26,803 nucleotides of DNA from Thelocarpon superellum. Taxonomy: Eukaryota. Both the position numbers and the translations under genes were made by a program. Positions within the stretch are counted from its first letter, which is position 1; each line of letters starts with the position of its first letter. The notes beneath the pieces are model-generated. The model did no database searches, had not been told where the DNA came from, and worked only from the letters and a program-made list of their open reading frames with translations. Below, in pieces: positions 21,738 through 26,803 of this stretch. Location of the stretch: positions 62,001 through 88,803 of the forward strand of contig JAPEUG010000023.1 in NCBI GenBank assembly GCA_026025795.1. Reading direction: 5' to 3'.

Positions 21738-23889
21738 ATGACCGACTTCATTGGGTGTGTGAATCACGCAGCGCTGGCACGTTCTTCCTGAGCTAATGTC
21801 TCATCTCACCAGGGCGCGGATCTCATTGCTCTCCAAGAGCGATATTCGGTGAGTGGCTTATTGATGCCGGCAGACAGGCAGGCAGGTAGGCGGGCAGGGA
21901 TGGCGCTTTGCTGATGGTTAAAGCTATGTCGGCACGCTCCATGAGATCAACGGCGAGACCTCGACGGTCGCTCTCGAGCAAGTCGTATCGTACGGGACCG
22001 AGGGGCGACGGAATAATCCCGAGGAAGAGATCGCCCCGGCCGATAGCGTCTACGAATACATCGTCTTCCGGGGCAGTGATGTGAAAGACCTGAGAGTGGA
22101 GGAGGCGCCCAAAGAGAATGTCCCGCCACAAGTACCTGACGATCCGGCGATTCTGGGGGTGAGTTGGGCCCTCTCTTCTTTCACGAGACCACGCGGTCTG
22201 GTCATGCTCGTACGAGTGATGAAAGCATACGGATGTAAACACTACATGATCCGAGAGCGCAAACCCATGTGGAGATTTCCGTTGCCTTCCTTCTGAATCT
22301 GAAACATCCTTCTCTGTGGACCGCGATCTGGCATGGTGGCACGCCGACTGATGTGTGTTCCATGGCAGAGTGGCTCCCGTCCGCCGCAAGCCAAAGCACA
22401 GACGCAGCCTCCGCCCCAAAACCAGTCTCAGCCTCAGCCTCAGCCTCCGCCTCAACCCCAGCCTCAGCGTCCGGCGCAGCCTCCGCAGTTCCCGCAGCAG
22501 GCGCCGTACCCGTACTTCTACCCGCCGCCTCCTGGGCAGCGCGGAGGTCCCCACGGTCCGCCTCATGCCGGCGGAGCGTACGGTAATATACCGTTTGGCG
22601 CGCCTCCTGGGTGGTTTCCACCTGGTGGCGCAGGCTATCCTGGACCACCAGGACCGCCAGGATCGTTTGGCCAGCCACCGATGCCGTACGTGCAACATCA
22701 CCCGCCGCCGCCGGGGTCACGCGGCCCACCGGGTGCCCCGCCAGGCCACCAGGGAAAGGAACTGGGGCCGTCGAGCAAGGACAGACAGGACCAAGCGAAC
22801 GGGACGAAAGCGTCGAGTCAATCAACGACGCCCGCTCCTCCGGGACTGGCGGCTAAGGGTCCGCCGCCGCCGCTGGATTCGAAGCCAGACGTTGCGACGG
22901 CCTTGGCACCGCCCGCGCCTGCACCCGCGCCGTCCCACGCGCGTGATAACCCGAGCGGCAAAGCGGTGCCCACAGGACCAAAGGGAGGTCGTATCGTGCC
23001 CGCGGTTCCTTTGGCCAGTCCTGGGGTGAAGAACCCCACGCAAAACAGCGGTCCTCTACAAGGCAACGCTGGCAACAAGAATGCGGCCCATCGTACACAG
23101 CCGAGCCAGGCGGCGGCCAACGCGGCCATCCAAACGGCCACACAAGCGGCAACAGCAGCGGTGGCAGCGGCCATGGCTAAGCTTCCGCCGGCGCCGGGTC
23201 AGCGGGGTCCATCGAGCAGTGACGTGGACGACGTGACGAAGCGAGTGGGTGAGATGAGAACGCATGACCACGCGCGTGCGGCCCGACAGCCTGGTGCTGG
23301 CGCTGGTGCTGGCGCTGGTGCTGGCGCCCTGGGTGTGCGTGGGGGTCGAGGTCGGGGCGCACATGCGGGGCAAGCAACTCGCAAGGTCGAGGTACCCAAG
23401 ACGGATTACGACTTTCAGTCCGCCAATGCCAAGTTCAACAAACACGACCTCGTTAAGGAAGTCATCGCCACGGGATCTCCGGCGGGCACGCCGACGGATG
23501 GCACCGGGACGGATGGTTCGCTGGAACGGACGCTCAACGGTGGGGCGACAGAGGAGCCGGTGGTGATTCCTCCACCGACCTACAACAAGTCGACCTCCTT
23601 CTTCGACAACATCTCCAGCGAGACCAAGGACCGTTCCGACGCGAACGGACATCGGCCTGGCGGTCGTGAGTGGCGTGGCGAGGAGACGAAGCGGAACTTC
23701 GAGACGTTTGGTCAAGGCAGCGTCGATAGCGGACATCGTGGAGGTTTCCGTGGGAGGGGAAGGGGACGAGGCGTCGGTCACCGGGGACGTGGCGGGTCAC
23801 AGCGTGGTGGTCCGGGAGGCTATCGTGGCCGTGGCGACAGCAACCCGACGCCCAATCCGGCCAATGCAACGATGGCGGCGGATCCGTAG
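21738..23889 (+). CDS. SCD6: Scd6/Sum2/Lsm14 (RAP55) P-body translational repressor and decapping activator. Exons 21738-21754, 21813-21848, 21924-22158, 22369-23889
   Basis: Lsm14 N-domain (FIGARISLLSKSDIRYVGTL...SYGTEGRR...YEYIVFRGSDVKDL), Pro/Gln-rich linker, DYDFQSANAKFNK (FDF), YNKSTSFFDNISS (FFD box), RNFETFG (TFG box) and an RGG tail. Confidence 0.95.
22212..22300 (+). ncRNA. snR52: Intronic box C/D snoRNA, snR52 homologue (18S rRNA Am420 guide), in SCD6 intron 3
   Basis: C box GTGATGA at 22216-22222 and D box CTGA at 22293-22296. The guide GTTGCCTTCCTT (22281-22292) is complementary to conserved 18S AAGGAAGGCAGC, and the D+5 rule points to A420 (yeast numbering). The host intron is 210 nt versus 50-82 nt for the other coding-region introns here. 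Confidence 0.85.
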
Positions 23890-25087
23890 AGGTATGAACG
23901 GAGCGAATGACCGACAATGGAGGAGCGACGCGTATGGTTCGTGCGACGCCTGCGTTGCAATGAGTACGAGGACTCGGTCTGCGAGGTTTCCTTCCGCCAC
24001 TTCTTCTACTAGGGACGCCTAGGTACCAGTAGATAGGGAGCTTCATTGAGATGTGCTCGTACCTCCCATACTTTTCTTGGTTATTATTCAACTGTAGTAG
24101 TCGTTGGAAGCACGTTGACCTTGTTGAGCACCTGTGGAGGTAGTCGTACGTTGAACTATGTAAAGTATCGATCGGTATCTACCTGGCTACCCAGCCGTGA
24201 TACTCTGCTCTCAGACACGGCACCAAACGGGCCATGAATTGATCAGCTACCCAGGTATCGAGGGGCAAGGTGGTAGGCAAGCCATTGGCCAGTAGAGACG
24301 CGACCATGACATGCCTGTACGGGCCGCGTAGCGAGATCGTACAGAGGTTTTAAAAAGTCGAGTACCCGGAGACTGGGGCCGCTACGCATTCACCATCGCG
24401 TGAGTGACGGTGCTCGCGACCAGTATGAAACTACGACCGTCTAGCTGCAGGGTCCGGCTAACCTGCTGATAACTGAGGAGTAATCCCAGGCGACAGAACA
24501 GCCGCGGCCCAACACCTCGGTCGGCCGCGTCGGCGATTGCAAGTACGGCGGCGCGTGCGCCCGTGACAGCATCGGCATTACGCTGATGCCCGGTGCAATT
24601 ACCTTACACTTTCCCCACCACGACCATTTTCACCAGGGGCCTTGGACTGAGATTTGGTTCTGGACCTGGACATGCACCCAGATCTGGACCTGGACCATTG
24701 CACTCACCACAACCCCGCTGGTCCGTAATCGTCTCGACGTGACCATGTACGGCTGTCTGTCCCGGACCGTCTGTCGGTCATGATCGACACCCGCCTCCTC
24801 CATCCGGTCCAACCCGAGAGGGCTTTCCTCCTCTTGTAACCTCTCGATGACGAGACCCGGATCTGGTTCAACCCAAAAGCACGCGAACAGATCATCTTCG
24901 GTCTGAGATCAGCCACATAGTCACCAGGCTCAGAAAAGTCGGGCCGATGCCATCGTCTCGATCACGATTGCCGTCCCAATCATCATCCCCACGAGATCTA
25001 TCACAGAATATCCTCCAACAACTCTCCTTGGTGTTGTCTTAAGTCAAGGCGCTCCTGTACTATACCATATCACATCACCGCACAAAG

Positions 25088-26481
25088 ATGTCGGACTCAG
25101 TGGGTGAGTGGGGTGACGCACCATGACATCATGGCATGCAACATGGAATTGAGGCTGACCGTCGATGATGAATCAGACCGTGTCTTTGTCCATGCCTTGA
25201 ACACGGTCAAGAAGATTCCTCGGACGGGATCAGCAAGACCACCGCCTGCGGATCGATTGAAGCTCTATGGACTGTACAAGCAAAGTATGGGTAAGTTTCG
25301 GACGTACGGGAGATGTTGGTGATGATGGAGATGAATTACTGACGTGGAGTAGAGGGAGACGTGGCCGGGGTGATGGGACGACCGCAAGGAGATAGAGAGG
25401 ACACCAGTGCAGAACGAGAGAAATGGTGGGTCGACTTGACGTGAGAGGAGGCGTGGAGAGGATGACCTGACTTGAGATAGGGACGCATGGAACCGACACA
25501 AGGGATTATCCAAGACGGAAGCCAAACGACGATATATAACCATCTTGATCGAGACGATGCATAAATACGCCAGTAATACGCCGTAGGTACCCTACCCCAT
25601 AGTCAAGTGCACGACTGACCAAGGAAATGATCAGAGACGCACGAGAATTAGTATCAGAGCTCGAGTTTGTCTGGGACCAGATCAAGACGAACGTGCCATC
25701 ATCCATTTCCTCCTCACCGCCCGCATCACAGCCACGGTCTCGACGATCAAGACAATCGAAAGAGGCAAAAACCCCGCCACCAACAGCCATGATACAGTCC
25801 TATGCCAGTTTTCCCGCAGGTCGAGCGTCGGCAAGCCGAGCAGATGGATCCACACCGGCGCTGAAGATCCTCTCGCCCCTCTCACAAGACGACAACGACG
25901 AGCTGGCGGCACAGATCGAGGGAGACGGAGCAGAGCGGGACCGATTCTCCGACGCAGTAGACCATCACGCGAACGAAGCCACCACTATGGAGCAAGGAAG
26001 TGCTCTCGACAAAAATAAGGAGAGGGAACGACGATGGCAGAAACGCGTGGAACACGCCTTACTGACCATCAGCGCCGAGATGGCTGCGTTACGAGAACAG
26101 CTTGAATCAGCGCAGTATCCGCTCTCCTCCTCGTCCTCGTGGTCCGCCTCTTGGTTCTTCTGGTCGCCGTCGCGCAGTCGACGAGGCGGCTTCTTCTCCC
26201 TCTCTGGCCTCTTCTCGCTCCTAGCAGCGGCGGTGAGACACGTGCTCCTGGATGCATCCATCGGGTTTCTTCTCTTCCTGTGGTGGCGTGCTAGACGACG
26301 ACGACGACAGAGGAGGATCAGAGCTGGAGGAGGGGGTGGAGGAGGCTCGGGAGGGGGAGAGATGGACTCGACGCTCGAGCGGAAAGCCCTTGCTTTCTTG
26401 GCGCCGCTTGGTCGTTTCATTAATGCTCGGTTTGGGTCTGGGTCTGGGTCTGGCGCTGGCGCTGTGTCTGGGTCGTCATGA
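25088..26481 (+). CDS. ACB-domain membrane protein, ACBD4/ACBD5 (Atg37/AcbdA)-like. Exons 25088-25103, 25177-25290, 25353-25425, 25481-25582, 25635-26481
   Basis: Spliced ACB domain: DRVFVHALNTVKKIP...DRLKLYGLYKQSMEGDV...REKWDAWNRHKGLSKTEAKRRYI. It is followed by a coiled coil (LTISAEMAALREQLE) and a hydrophobic segment ending in a poly-Arg tract. Confidence 0.88.
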
Positions 26482-26586
26482 TCATGTGTGCGGTGTTCGG
26501 GGGTAGATTCCAGGTGTTCACGAATGAGTGGATGGACGATGGATGAAATCTTTTTCATTTTTATTTCCTCACTTCAAGGGGTATCA

Positions 26587-26803
<217 letters not shown>

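Noticed and set aside
23291..23327. (GCTGGY)n Gly-Ala tract in SCD6, the (CAGCCT)n Gln-Pro tract, and Gly/Ser tracts in the ACB gene
   Set aside because: Ordinary coding microsatellites in disordered regions.
24640..24700. CTGGAC/GGACCT short repeats giving WTWT or VQVQ ORFs
   Set aside because: Low-complexity hexamer slippage upstream of the ACB gene with no sign of a real coding gene.
25291..25352. GTGATGA...CTGA inside intron 2 of the ACB gene as a snoRNA
   Set aside because: The boxes are only about 13 nt apart in a 62-nt intron, and the CTGA is part of the branch site ACTGAC.

Overview
Gene-dense, GC-rich (roughly 60%) nuclear DNA from a filamentous ascomycete (Pezizomycotina-type gene set; short introns with CTRAY branch sites). 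I reconstructed 11 intron-containing protein genes by eye: Byr4/Bfa1 (cut off by the left edge), XRCC4-like, an Ebp1/AFF-like protein, an aldo-keto reductase, SelO/FMP40 (Cys form), a single-domain RNase III, mitoribosomal Rsm27/mS33, an 8-repeat PUF protein, Pex39-like (KPWE), Scd6/Lsm14 and an ACBD4/5-like acyl-CoA-binding membrane protein. The window ends in a (GCAGA)n microsatellite. The best signal outside the ORF track is a snR52-type box C/D snoRNA inside intron 3 of SCD6; its 18S guide is intact and its second guide looks decayed. Other signals are two GC-AG introns, a 10-nt microexon, clustered MCB/SCB elements in the byr4/XRCC4 divergent promoter, a hidden 60-nt coding repeat and a 13-nt non-coding repeat. 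I found no mobile element, CRISPR array, biosynthetic cluster or clearly new multi-gene system; this looks like core genome. Family assignments come from motif recognition from memory, not from database searches.
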